Positions 25,021-38,968 of a stretch of DNA of 64,000 nucleotides are shown here, in pieces. Below the pieces are notes generated by a model. That model made no database searches. It saw only the letters and a list, made by a program, of their open reading frames with translations, and had not been told where the DNA came from. The number at the start of each line of letters is the position of its first letter. Positions within the stretch are counted from its first letter, which is position 1. The translations under genes and the position numbers were made by a program. This stretch comes from Camelus ferus. Its lineage: Eukaryota. The stretch is taken from the NCBI RefSeq assembly GCF_009834535.1, contig NC_045707.1, positions 54,624,001 to 54,688,000 of the forward strand, given 5' to 3'.

Positions 25021-28000
25021 CCACATTTCTGAGGTCCTTGTGTCCTTTGATAGTGACTGCTGTCACTTCTGACTCATAATCAACCCTTTATTGTTTTTCT
25101 CCATCATATTTCCCATTAGAGGGGGGAAAATACCTTCCATCTCCTCTTGGGTCTCACTTTTTCAACCAAAAAGAGATGCATTATGCTCTGAAACTTGACT
25201 ACAGGTTCTTTAAATTGCTGTCTATCTCTTCTTTGGATTTTTCTTGCCGATACAACTGCAGGCACACTCAAATTTACTCTGTCATGCAGTTTATTTAGGA
25301 CTTACAATTTGCTTTGTGAATTCAAGATTCACAGGGGAAAAAAAACTGTATGATTAGAGAAAAAGCTTCTGGCCATCACCTTAAGCTAAAAAAGTAACAC
25401 TTAGAAAATCTAATATTTAAAGTATTCCTCTCTGTAGAATATCTTCCATAGTACCTCTTTTCCCCATCTTATATTCAACCTGAATTAATCAGAATGTATC
25501 AGAGTACCATAATTAATTAAAAGAAAGTATCAGAAGCTCTCTGAGGAGACAAATTAACTTGCATTAAGGCTGCAATATGTTTGAAAAAGACTAAAATACA
25601 TTGTGTTTTAACATAACTGTTAGAAACATGAAGGGAAGAGGAGACTCCTTTATTTCATCCCAACTATATAAATTTTAAAATAGCTTTGAAATACATGGGG
25701 GCATCTTCAGGAAAACTTGAGAATGTATCTTTGTGAACTGGAGAATGTCAGAAAATCCATCCCTCTATAAATGATAGTGCAGCACCATTTGAAAACACCC
25801 AGGCAAAGGAATTATTCTGAAGAACATGTATGCCTCTTTTGTGTCCAAGGATAGTGTTGTTCACCTAATATGAAGCTACCAAATTTGTACTATTTTTGTG
25901 AGGTGGATAAATGACCTCCTAGCACCAAATCCATTCAGCAGTTTGAAATTTGAGCTTCTATTTCTAACACTGAAATGTTAGGATATTAACCTGCTAGACT
26001 GTTTTCTTCTTTTTTTTCTTTAAACACACTTGTAATGGTGTTGCACAAAGGTAACGTGCCAATATTCCCTCAAAAACCTTTTTTATAAGGCAGGAAAAAT
26101 GAAACACCACATAAAGATCAAACAAATGGAGTTTTGAGATGAAAATCTAGCAAAAGCGTAGCACTTGAAGCTTATTTTAAAATGTAACCTGAAGCTTACT
26201 TTTAAGCAGTAAGATTTTAAAACTTTTGGTAGTTTCCCCCTGATTTTTTTTCACTTTAAAAATGCTCTAAAAATAAGGGGGAAAAAATTTCCATTATACA
26301 CACACCTGAAGGAATGTTAGGTGTACTATTTGTTACATATATTCCATCATCTATAAATTTGTAAGGAAACACTGTCACTGGAAATCTAGACTGCTGGGGA
26401 AAACAAAGGTTAAAGCTATTTAAACAAAATAATTTTTTAATGACACTTCTCAGATTGCAATTAAAAAGTAACGTTGATTCTGGTTATCATTTGCTAAAGA
26501 AATCATGAGCAGTAGGCTTTAAATGAAGATCTATAAAATAAGGTTTGGGATAAATGGAAAACTATCCATTCATTTGCAATAATTTATTTCCTCTGGGTTC
26601 AGTACTGGGTTATACTGCTGTCTTCCTTTGTTATAATGCTCATTGTTCTCATTAGGTAAATTATGCATTTGTAATAAGGATAGAAGAAACCTCATGATTT
26701 ATGACACCCTTTCTAAGAGATCTTTCAACTTGAGAAGTATGAAAGAAAGCATTACCTGTCCTTAAGAAACTCACATTCAAACTGAGGAATTATGGATTTT
26801 TTAGTTGGGCAGAAGAATAGAAATTCTATTTTCTAATTTAATTCTAGGGTAGGAGTCACTGTAAAAATTAGTTACATGATATTTGCTAACATTGCTTTTA
26901 GTGATTAGTCCTCTACTTGGTGAAGTTTATTTCTCTGCTACCCACTGATGATTTCTTGGAAGTTGATTTTTCTCTGAGCCAAAATATGTTTACACAATAT
27001 ATAAATATATGTTATGTAACTTATTTTCTCCCTTGATCCTAGTTTCATTTTCAGGAATAGCACAGAATAATCTATCTGCAAATTTTTTAAAACAACAATA
27101 TACATCTACCCTTATACAATAATAATTTATCTCCATCTATAACCCACAAAGGTCAAATGGTTTTGTTAGCATTAGTTCCTTCAACCATCCTTATTATGTA
27201 ATATTAAGATTAAAAAAAAATACTCTGGATGCATTTTTAAAATACTTTCCTTAGATACAAGGTTCAAAATTAGACAAAACATCCTGAAGCCAGAAGAATA
27301 CAAGATATATATATATATATTCTCATTATACTGTTAGCGTGTATTAAACTTGTGGCTAAATAAGCATCTCAATATTTTTCACTTAAACTACGGTATCTCC
27401 GTATTTGTTACTTATGCAATTGATTTTGAAGCCTATCAATGTACTTCATGGTTATGCTAAAACTCTTGTTTATTTTAACCAGGTGACCCTGAATAATCTG
27501 TGCTATTGTCTCTTCATCCTAGCTTTTTTCACCTGAAAATTTAACACGTGTTTTTCTTAGTTACTAAAATTAGGAGTCTGGACTGTCAAAAGAGTATTGT
27601 TAGTGTGAATAGCGCTTTAAAGATATTGTACTAAAAATGTAAGAATTTTACGGTATTCAAAAGATAAAGGTGGTCCCTTCAAATATCTCTACTTGTCTTG
27701 GACTGAGTGAGACCACGAAGTTGCTAAAAGCTAACAGCTGTTGGAAGTGTAAGGTTTAATATTGAGGACCGGAGACATCAGCCAGAGAGCTGGCTGCTTC
27801 TCTGTTGAGTGAGGGCGCCTGTGTAGCGGTGGCGAACCTCAAAGACAAGTTAAGCCGAGACAGACTTGATAATCCTATCCAAAGTGAGTGTCCACCATGT
27901 TGAGGTACTTCTTTGACAATTCAGAGGGAAATCATGAAGAGGAGGCCAAAGAGTTCTGTTCCTGCTCTGCCCAGAAAGCTGTTCTCCAGATTTAAAAGAG

Positions 28001-28684
28001 ATGCTTTAGCTCTGATGAAGTGACAGGCTTGGATGCAGAACAACAGACGCCAAAGCTGTAAACGGCTGGCTTGGGGCCCTGTATGGCAAGGGTCCGCTCC
28101 TTTGAAAGGTAAAGAATTTCTACAGAAGCATAATAAAAGCCAAGTTTTTGTCAAACTGTTATTAAAATTAGGAGTGGTATAAGTTGAAACTAGTTCTTTT
28201 AGATCTGGTTTCAAATTGTATCTTCCTATTTGTATATGCTGCTTAACAGTGTTTACATCTTATATTTATGATATCTCTCTAAAATCCATTTTAGGAATTC
28301 AGAAAGCTATGTCTATTAAAGAAGTCTGGAGTTTGATAATGTTTCAAACCTATCAAATAACACCACTCTCTAGTGTCAATTAATTGCAACGAGTAAGTAG
28401 TATGATTTCTCAAAGGGTACAAGTAATTAAGCAATACGGGTTTATAGAGAACCTGAACATTACATCTGGGATTAGGGAATTGGCCTGGGGAAGTCGTTTA
28501 AATCCTATAAATAATTTTAATATGGTTTTCTACGTGAAAATATGTGCAAACCTAATTTGTCTCCTTCATCTTCCTGCTTTCTCATGGATATTTACCATGT
28601 CTAAAAGAAAATTACTTGAGAAATGTGGTGCAAGGAGCTGTTTTTTGGAATAGTACAACACTGAGCTGGGGATATAGATCATGT

Positions 28685-28790
28685 TGTCCATTTTATATTT
28701 CAGATGAGAGAAACTGAAGCCAAGAGAAGTAAAGCATCTTGTACAAGATTTCACGGAACAGATAATTACGAAAGATTGTCCAGGATTTCA
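28685..28790 (-). mobile_element. MIR SINE
   Basis: cagatgagagaaactgaagccaagagaagtaaagcatcttgtacaagat. Confidence 0.7.
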
Positions 28791-29544
28791 GTTCAATAAC
28801 AGGCCCAGTGAAGACTATTGGAAGTTTGTCTAAAATATTTAACAACCACAACGAAAGGCTCGCTAAAACTTCTAAAATGCTTTCAGCAAAATATTCAAAC
28901 CTGAGACACTTAACTGTGTGATAAAATAAGGGTCCTCTGAATTTTGGAGGTCATTATAGACCCATGCTGCCTAGAAATTGAAGACACAACATGACCAATT
29001 CCCAGAATTGCATCAGTTTTAGTTAATTCCAAGCCACATGGAGTAACTTTTCTTTCAAGGATGGAAACAGTATGCTTCTTCTCATTTTTACTTCTTTTTC
29101 CCAATGTGGTGAAAAAATGATAGGAAGTACCAAGCAATCAAGGACAGGCCAAACATCTGATGAAAGACTAGTGAGGGCAAGTTAGAACCAAGGTGATAGT
29201 TGTGAGAATAAAATGAGTTGACACTACGCCTCAAAAGCTGACTTTTTGGGGGAGATTTATCTAGTTTTCCAGACATGATGCTCTGATGAGCACGTCAACA
29301 GCTAGATATTTTCTCCACAACATGTGCTTTGATGAACCTAATCTGTTTGGCTTTTTGATGAATCCCAAAATTTATATTGCAAAATAACCTAAAAATAAAA
29401 TTTCAAAACTCAAAGCAAATCAAAAACGAGCAAAAACTCTTGCATTCTCTACCACATACAGAAAGAGAGATGAAAAGAGTTTATGGGACCAGATGCCCAG
29501 ACCAAGTTAATCTTTTACCGGAAAACAAAAGAATAAATTCACCT

Positions 29545-29739
29545 AGAGGGTGTTGCTGGAAATGTGGTCCCTGGTACAGGCAGCACTGTTAGCACTATCA
29601 CATTGTTTAAAACAACAACAAAAATTTCTTTTCTTAGCCCAGATCTACTAAATTAGAATTTCCAGAGTGGCACCCAGAAACCTGTGTTTCAGAAACCTTT
29701 CCATGATTCTTATGCATGACTGAGGGTTCAGAAGCACTG
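29545..29739. mobile_element. MER5-like hAT-Charlie MITE
   Basis: aaatgtggtccctggtacaggcagca...cccagatctactaaattagaatt...tgattcttatgca...ttcagaagcactg; about 190 bp. Confidence 0.75.
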
Positions 29740-30802
29740 ATGCAGAGCACTTGACACTTTCTGCCCTCTGTAGGACCGTATTTATCAGGGCCAGAAGATG
29801 AAAACAGGTGTCAAATCAAGAATCCTATTGCTAGAAATGGTAATTTTGTGAAATGAAAAGATAAAACTGCTCCTTGGGATATATTTCTGATGCCAACACA
29901 TATGGAAATATAATCTAATGTAGTTTAAGATTTTTTTTAAAAAAGAAGGTAAATTGCAGCATTAATTCATCAGGGAGGGAATCTTTAGAGTATTAGTGTA
30001 TATTGTATTTAAATAAAGTTTCTTTTACTTGTTTTAATAAAAAAATTCCCTAATTGCAGAACAATAACAAATAAGATCAAAATTAATTATTTTGTTGTCA
30101 TTTTTCACATTTCAAAACATTAATTTGTTAAAACAATAACTTATTTTGATTTCAAAATATGACATCACTTCTGCCATCTGCTTGAGCTGTAGCATCACAC
30201 CTAACAATTTAGTTTGAATGTGATTCTTTAATTTAAACACGGCCCCAACTGCCCCTTTCTTTGTCTCTGTAATAGGATTATAATATACTTGCATTAGGTG
30301 AAATAATTTGGAAATGCTTCAAATATGCTACCATCTGCTGTGTTATTTAAATTCTGGAGAAAAAACCACATTATATCAGTAGAAGAATATTTCACTTCCA
30401 GAATTCAAACAGTGGCTACAACTATCTTTTAAATGCTTGATTAGGATAAACCTGAATGCAAACATGAAGCTATTATCCATTTGGTAGACAGAGTCAAATG
30501 CTGTTTTCATTTATTGGAAAAGTTCCAATAAGAGTAATGCTATCTGCATGCCCCATGTTCATGCTGAGGGAGGATGAATGCAGGGTGGATAGAGCTTCTC
30601 TATGTTCTGCACAGGGACCGTTGTTTTACCTTTGATGTAGATCTACAGCAGCACAGCTACAGGGTGAAAGAATTGTCCAGTTGTCTTTATCCTTACAAAG
30701 TGATGACTTTCTGGAAAGATGGTTAGGATCAAGATGAGGTTGATAGAGCCTTGTCTTTTCTTGTTATCACTATGGCAAGATGCTGCCCAATTACAAGTTG
30801 AC

Positions 30803-31320
30803 TATCTTATGTCAATTCCCCCAGAAGTAGAAATAGACAATATTTTGTATACAAGTAGTTTATTTAAAAAAGTACTTTCATATAAATAACCCAGAAAAAG
30901 AGTGAAGAAGCAGGACAGAGAAGAGGAAGAGGTCAAGAAGTGCAATTTTAGGGAGAGACACCCTGGGTCTGATCCTATGGAGAATCTCTGGAGTGTAAAG
31001 ATATCTCAGAGTTTGTAGTGTCTTAACAGCACAGGATTTGGATTTTCACAATTCTACACTAGTCGATAAGCTAGTATCGTACCACAATTGGTAAAGGTAC
31101 CATAATTGGATGGCATGGAGTGCTTCATGAAACTTCCAAGCATTTTCAGTTGCTTGCACTTGAGGGCAGACAAAGTTCCCCAGCAGACAACATAAATCCT
31201 ACAGAGAGAGTTGCACGTATACATCCTTAGAAGCAATGGACAGAAGCTCGGGAAGGGGCTCACAGAATGAGTTAAAGGGAGTCAGGGGATCTGGGCAAGG
31301 CACTCATAGTGTCTGCTACA
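30803..31320 (-). mobile_element. ERVL solo LTR (LTR16-like)
   Basis: tatcttatgtcaattcccccagaagtaga...caagtagtttattt...gggatctgggcaaggcactcatagtgtctgctaca. Confidence 0.8.
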
Positions 31321-31974
31321 GTGGCTTTTTACCTGTATTCCAAAATATTGTGGCTATTACTTAAATTAACATAGTGTTAAATATAATAGGGCATGTATGT
31401 TATTAATACATACTGACCAGTTTAAATAAGACTACCAATTTCTTACAGACATGCTAAAACACAAAAGTGTTGCATTCGAAATTTTAATTAAATAGCTGTA
31501 AGAGTTAGATGTTACTATTTAGCTTTTATGTTTTTGATAATAAATTCATTCATGCATTAATTTGAATTTGACACCCTATGAGGGAAATATTTATACTGAT
31601 TTGGCTTATCAAAACTCTACAGTTGGAAGGTTGCTTATGCAAGTTTAAATGCTAAAACTTTTGAAAAATGTGTTCTAATAAATGCTATTTAAAATTTAAA
31701 AGCTCTGTAATAGCCGAGGTTATGAGAGAGTAATCAAAAGCTTTCAGAATGGAATAGAGCCAACAAAGTAAAAACTATTGGGAACCAGAGTGCTCTTTTG
31801 TAATCATCAAATAATTTAGTAATTTAGAAATACACTTTGTACTTAAATGAAACACCACACAGACACACATACACACACAGAGTAACAAGTTAACCTAAGG
31901 CTATAAGTTTAACCTTAAAATTTTATTTCATATTAATTAGCAAACTGAAAAAATTATACATAAATATTAAATTC

Positions 31975-32420
31975 CATATATATCATTGTAATATTGATAT
32001 AGTAAATCAATAGAGGAGGTATTAATTAAATAATGAAACTTGTTTTAGATTATGTATTAAACTGAATGTTATATGTATTACTATTTTATATATAACATAA
32101 TTTACAACATACAATATAAATAATATATATAACTTATGTATTATGTGTTTATATATTTTATTCATTATGTATTTTTATATTATTGATATAACATGTCAAT
32201 GGAGGAAGTATTAGTTCAATTTTAAAACTTTATTTCAGGGTAGCTATCAAATTTAATATTCTATATGTTATATATATCATATATATTATTATCATATAAG
32301 CTATATAATATTTAACATACTGCACAACATATATTTATATAGTACTTATATAGCTTATAGTATTCATTTATTATATACATTTATATATGTATGTCTCAGT
32401 GGAGAATATCTTGATTATAT
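31975..32420. repeat. AT-rich degenerate tandem repeat, period ~190 bp
   Basis: tattgatatagtaaatcaatagaggaggtatta (31992) recurs as tattgatataacatgtcaatggaggaagtatta (32181), with a partial third copy near 32390. Confidence 0.65.
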
Positions 32421-34738
32421 AAGATGCTTATCCATTTATTTGTCAGGTTATCAGATATGGAGTAACACTTATATTAATAGGTAAGAATTCTTGAAAGGGA
32501 TTATATAATTTAGTGTTATCAACTTAGAGATTGTAGCTTGAGACATTGAGAATTCAGACTTCCTGATATTACTTAACTAACAGAATCAGACTACAATACA
32601 AATCTTGTAATATCTGGATTTTTCCATTATGGTGTACTTACAACAAAGCTTGCCTTTTAAAGCTCTTTCCATGTAAATAGAATTTTAGAAACATTTGTTT
32701 CCTTCATTTTCAATTTTGAAACAAGTGGCTCAATTCTTAAGTTTCTACCATCACTCAAAGAACTCCACTGGAAAGATTTATTAATTAAGTGTTTTTAAAA
32801 TATTTTTTAATGTACATTTCTAAGAAAGAAATTAATTCAAATGTATATAATAAAATAAAGCTATTTCCTTAACAATACAACTTGGTGATGTTTCCATACC
32901 AGGACATATAAAACTGATTTATTTTAAAAAATAACTTCATGGTATTAAATTGTACGAGTGTACCAAAATTTATTTACTTTGTTACTAGACAGATTAAAAA
33001 CAAACAGACAAAGAAACAAATAGTATTGATATAACAGACTTCTACTTTTGAATCGAGCTGAGTAATTCTTTAAGTGCTCGTAAAGATAGTAACTGGAGAA
33101 GGCTAGTTTATGAAACTATCTATTAAAGATATCAGAGCACACTGCAGAAAAGATGGGGCTAAAATGGTTACGATTCCAGAGAGGGGAGACTCAAAAAGAG
33201 ATAAGCTGATGATAGTAGTTGCTTTTCCCCTGATATTATTAGCAATTTATGGATACAAGCAAGTATCTGAGAGTTCAAGTATGTTCCACACAGATGACAT
33301 GATGGGGAACAGATGACCTCTGAGAAGGTATTCATCAATGCTAATATCTATTTTAAAAAGTAGGAATAGAATCAATGCTCGACCAGTCTCAATATAGCAA
33401 TAAGTTACAGTCCTCCAAGGATACATGAAATAACTATTAAGGAAATCCTTCCATCACATTGAAAGGTAATTTTTAAAATTATTTATCAAAATGTGTTGTA
33501 TTTGTAGTGTTTTAATCCATAGTGTATCTATAATATTTGTAAAAATAATCCAGAAGAAAGTTTGAGCATTGTTAGCTCACTGAAGAATATCAAATGTTGA
33601 TTTATAATTTTGTGTCAGAGAAGTACTTTGGGTGATCAAAATATTTCAAGAATCGAAAGCTATTTTAGGATAATATTCTATCAGAGACATGAACTGAAAA
33701 TATGAGTTCAATAGAAAATAACAATGTAAAATTTAAGGATGTTAAAAATGAATTTTTCATGCATTTTTAATGTGGTCATAGAAATAAAATATCTATGGTC
33801 TTTAGGAACTATTAAATTAATTTTTAAAGGTATTGCAACCAATTTATTTCAAAAAGTCAATATTTACCATATGCAGATATCACTTCCTTTGCTAGTGTTT
33901 AGATTTAAGAACTATCTTAAGCTAATAATCTGTGAAGAAATACAGTTTAACAAATTCCATTAAGTACTTGACTAAGAAAAGTTGAAAACTTTCTCTAATA
34001 AATTTGTATTATTCATCTAAACAGAATAGACTAAATTCTTAACATTTCCTCAGAATTTAGTATTTATTTGACTTAATTGGATTTCATGAGAAATGTGTAA
34101 CCTAGAGGTTTGCAAATCTCATTTAAATTACTGTTTGGGTTTGTATTTTTAATGACAGTTTTGTTATGGATAAAACCTTTTGCTTTTTAGATCTAAATTT
34201 GAATCCATGTAACAATATGTTAATAGAAGACTATTCTCTGTTCTCAAACACAGGATTGTGCTTAGCTGCATAGCTATTTGCAAGAATCCTGATTCTACTC
34301 AGACTAAAGAAGCCACAAAGGAGAAGCTGTATCTTATTGACAATCTTGTTCAATTCTGTGGATTTTACTTATTGGTAAAAATAAAAGACTTTTGCTTTAG
34401 AGTTCCTAGATCACTTTTTTAATATGGGATGCACTAGAATCATTATAGGGATTAGAGGCTGGCTTAGGCGGTTCCAGGCACTTAGTGCTGGTAAAGTAAG
34501 TGTCCAGTAAATGATGGGAATCATTATTAAGATTTAAGTTGGAGAATTAAGGGTTAATTTGTCCAAGGCTAATCCCTTAGAGGCTAGCCTCCCAGAAAAG
34601 AGTTGAGCTCCCTTCTAAGCTCCACAGAAACCAGCAGTGGTGTGGTGCTAGGGCAATCAATTTTGGATGACTATGGGACTTTCAGGTCAGCGGTCCCATT
34701 TAATCCATCACTCAAGGTCAGACTGTTTCTTTCCAGGT

Positions 34739-34950
34739 TAGATTTGCAGATACTAACTATTATATATAAAATAGATAAACAAGTTTCTACTGTATAGCAC
34801 AGGGAACTATATTCAATATCTAGTAGTAACCTATAATGAAAAAGTATATTAAAACAAATTTATATATGTATAGTATGACTGAAACAGGCTGTACACCAGA
34901 AATTCACACAACATTATAAATGGAATATACTTCAATAAAAAAATAATAAC
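34739..34950 (+). mobile_element. Short L1 3' UTR end (same family as 21056-22175)
   Basis: agatttgcagatactaactattatatataaaatagataaacaag...gtaacctataatgaaaaag...gctgtacaccagaaa...aataaa aligns by eye with 21964-22170. Confidence 0.9.
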
Positions 34951-35649
34951 AAGAAAAGAAATCACACAGACCAAATCTGAGATATCTATCTCTCCCAGAA
35001 TCTAACTCTTGGATCTGCTGGATCTGATTCCTGGGTCACTGTGTTTAATGAACACTTGCTTTCGCTCTTGTCTCTGAACTTTCTCCAACAAATGCTGTTC
35101 CATTAGGTCTGGTGTGTGTGCACTTCCTGGCCACATGTCTTTGTTCGCTCAACACCTGTATTCAGTTCATGTGCTATAAGTGCATATGCGTGAGTGAAAA
35201 AGAAGAAAATAGACAAAAATATCTAATAGCCACACTACAATGCTGATGCTACCAAATTATAATTCTTAATGTCTCAGTCTCAAAAAATGCATTTGTGTAA
35301 GTCACTTCCTAGTGTAATGTCATTTATTGAGAGGATTTCATAAGGTACTACTTATAAAGTACTTACAAGAGTGCTCAGTGTATATTCATTCACTTATTGA
35401 TGTATTTATTCATTACTAACCAACATTAATGGAGTATCTATAATGAATCAGGAAATATTTCAAGCATTTAGTAATAACACTAGTCTATTCTCAATAAATA
35501 TTAGTCATTATATCAACAGCAGAGTTTTAACTATTATTGAGATTAATTTATTATATTTAAGATATACCTACATTAAAATTAGGCATGGTGTTATTTATAG
35601 CTTATTTAAATTTACCTCAGTGTGAATAGTGTGTATATGTGTGCTAGTT

Positions 35650-36016
35650 AGTTTTTTAATTGAAGTACAGTTGCTGTATAATATTTTACAAGTTATAGGT
35701 GTACAATACAATGCTTCGCAGTTTTTAAAGGCTAAACCCCATTTATAGTTGTTATATTGTGTATATTCCCTGTATTGTACAGTGTATCCTTGTAGCTTAC
35801 TTTAGACCTAGTGGTTCGTGCCTCTTTATCTCCTACCCCTGTATCATCCTCCCCTTTTCCCTCTCCCCACTGGTAACCACTAGTGTGTTCTCTATATCTG
35901 TGAGTCTGTTTCTTTTTTTTATTATTATATTCACTGGTTTGTTGTATTTTTTAGATTCCACATATAAGTGATATATCATCAGCATTTCTCCTTCTCTGTC
36001 TGGCATATTTCACTTA
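35650..36016 (-). mobile_element. 5'-truncated L1 3' end (cetartiodactyl type)
   Basis: ttttttaattgaagtacagttg...ctccccactggtaaccactag...ttagattccacatataagtgat; TSD tgtgctagtt at 35640-35649 / 36017-36026. Confidence 0.9.
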
Positions 36017-36864
36017 TGTGCTAGTTTATTTTGATCTTTATTATACTACATGGACAATTGTCTACTATTAAAGTGCCCTGATTTGTAATGAACATATCAG
36101 AGGTCATTTCTACTTATTTGAAAGATCTACTCAGGAGCTCATACTCTAGAAGTCTAATGCAAGCATGTGGATTTATCTAGTTTTATATATCCTCAACAAC
36201 AGAGGCTAGTTTATTACAAGCCTAATAAATGTTACAAATAGTTTTAATGAAATAAGTGGTATTTAAATGCTGGGACTGGTGAGGAATACCAATCCTTTTT
36301 GAAGTATGTGTAAGAATCTAAAACTAAAAAGCTAAATAGACTGTACCCTTTCAAATGGTGTTCTTGGTTTAGGATTCCACCCTGATTTATGATTTGTCAG
36401 AAGATCAGAGTTGCCTCACCGAAACTAGAGACTTAGCTAAACGTTTAGCTAAATTCTGCCCCAAGACTATTGTTACATCTGCCTTATGCTGTTTGAACAC
36501 TTAAAAGAGACCTAGAGGTTCATCAATCTTACATAACAGAGGTGTGTCTGGTTTTATGTATATTTGTAGTTGTGATGAATTCAATGGGAAACTTGTTATC
36601 ACTATAACATACTACCGGACATGGGAGGTTACGTCACCTATTTCTCTCCATTACAGGCTTATTTAGCAAACTAAATATACCAATTTTGAGAAACAAATTA
36701 GCTTATGATAAATCTACCATGTATATTAATGCACATATAGAAATGAATTGTGGTTTTCACATAGTGCTATGCACATTGACAGGTGCTTCCAAAATGCTTA
36801 AAGAAGTGTAGTGTGTTTAGTTTGTACAATTATGGTCACACTATGAACTTCCCTTACCCCACCC

Positions 36865-37625
36865 CTAAGCTTCATTGAGGTATAATTAACAATTAAAAAT
36901 TGTATATATTTAAGATGTACAACTTGATAATTTGATATATGGATACATTGTGAAATATTCACCACAATCAAGTTAAGTAATATACCCATCATTTCACAAA
37001 GTTACCATTTTTTCTTTCTTTTTTTTTTTTTGTGGTGAGACTTAAGATCATCATCTTAGCAAATTTTAAGTACACAATACAATATTCTTAACTATAGTCA
37101 CATTGCTATGTATTAGATTTCCAGAACATCCATCTTGTATAACTGAAACTTTCTGTTCCTTGAACAACATCTCCCCATTTCCCTCTTCTACCAGCCCCTG
37201 GTAATCACCATCCTTCTCTTTGTTTCTAAGAGTTTGACTATTTTAGATTTCACACATAAGCAAATTCATACAGTATTTGTCCTTCTGCATCTGGCTTATT
37301 TCACTTAGCATAATGTCCTCCAGATTCATCCATGCTGTTGCAAATGGCAGGACTTCTTTTCTAAGGCTGAATAATATTTCATTATGTGGGATAATATTCA
37401 CATTTTCTTATCCATTTACTTATCCATGGACATTTAGGTTGTTTCTCAATCTTGGGTATTATAAACAATGAGTGCACAATGTAAACATGGGAATGCAAAT
37501 ATTTCTTTGAGATCCAGATTGTTTCCTTTGACTTTAACCTATACCTATAAGTCGGATTGCTAGATCATAGTTTTCTTTTTAATTTTTTTGAGGAAACTCC
37601 ATACTGCTTCAATAATGACTGCACT
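36865..37625 (-). mobile_element. L1MA-like 3' fragment
   Basis: ttgaggtataattaacaattaaaaattgtatatatttaag...ctggcttatttcacttagcataatgtcctccagattcatccatgctgttgcaaatggcagg. Confidence 0.9.
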
Positions 37626-38129
37626 ATGAGTTTTTTCACTTGTTCTTTACAGCAAGAATAGGGGTCCAGTCAGCAATTCCCTATTCTGATATTATAATAA
37701 ACTGCATCTTCATCTACAAAACAGTATTCTTTAAAAAATTAATGTAAACGTGCTTTTAACTTTTATCTTATTTTCTCATTTTAAAATCAGCATATGAGTA
37801 CTTTAGGAAACTGAGAATATACAGCTAAATACAAAGAAACATCTATAATTATCACAAATTCTACAACTAAAGTTCATTGATTTTGAAAATTATCTTTGCC
37901 TACTAAGCACATTAACTATTCTTCAGTCTTTTTCCATAGATATTTTTTCTTCCCTTATATCGTTTAATACCTGCAATTTCACAATTAAAAAATGTTAATT
38001 CTATTGTCTATAATGTTGATGGCAGAAAAATAGTGTAAAATATTCTTTACTTGGATTCCAAAATGATTAGATGTATGGCAGTTGTGGCTTAGAAAGTTAA
38101 AGGGTGCACTAAAATTGATCTAACTACAG

Positions 38130-38600
38130 AAATTCAACAAAAATTTCTTACGTGTGTGCCAGGCACTGTCTTAGGTGACATACTCATTATAGCATGGCCC
38201 TAATTTTGAAACACCTCAAATCCTAATGAAAGGGAAGGCAAACACATAAGCACCAAAATGTTACTCTGAAAACCCTGTTATAATAGACACAATAAAATGT
38301 ATGGCTGAGACACAAACGAAAGGAGTGAATTTGGAAGGACATGAATTAATTCATCAGGCAAATGGCACAGTTGTAGGGAATTCCAGTTCAATTTTGTAGC
38401 AAATGTGAAGACATGGATGCATGAAAGGGCATGTTGAGAAACTTAGGCAGGTTTGCATGGCTCTTGCGTGAGTGTGAAGTATGGTTTGTCAAGATTGGAT
38501 GTTTTAGGGAAGGTAGGAAACCTGAATAAGTGAAGACAACTGGATGAAGATTATAGCAAGTGGTGGAGGATGTGGCAAACTGGGAAGCATCTGAATCATC
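38130..38600 (-). mobile_element. L2 fragment
   Basis: attcaacaaaaatttcttacgtgtgtgccaggcactgtcttaggtg. Confidence 0.65.
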
Positions 38601-38745
38601 CAAAAAGGGCAGACAATCAACTAAAATACATGTGCCGACCAGATGTGTCCTCTAGGCTTCAAACTTCTTCTTACGTGAAAGAGGAAGAAAGGGTGGTAAG
38701 AAGATTCACTTGCGATATATTTCAATTTGTACTTTATCCTTTGGT

Positions 38746-38968
38746 CAGAGTTTCCCAGCCTCAGGCCAGCTGACTTTTTGGTCCTGATAATTCTTTGTTG
38801 TTGAAGGCTTTCTTATGCATTATAAAGTGTTTAGCTGTCTTCTTGACCTCTACCCACTAGATTTGAGTAATGCTCCCCATTTGTCCAGTTATGGCAACCC
38901 AAGATATTCTCACACATTGCCAAATGTTCCCTGGGAGAGAGAAAATGCTCCCCAGTTCAGAACTACTA
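38746..38968 (-). mobile_element. MER20 hAT-Charlie MITE
   Basis: ataattctttgttg...gacctctacccactagat...cattgccaaatgttccctggg...gttcagaactact; about 220 bp, near full length. Confidence 0.85.

Noticed and set aside
27805..27840. CTCF site around gagggcgcc / gcggtggcg
   Set aside because: Poor match to the CCASYAGRKGGCR core on either strand.
31975..32420. CRISPR-like repeat-spacer array
   Set aside because: The context is eukaryotic, the units are degenerate and AT-rich with only 2-3 copies, and there are no cas genes.
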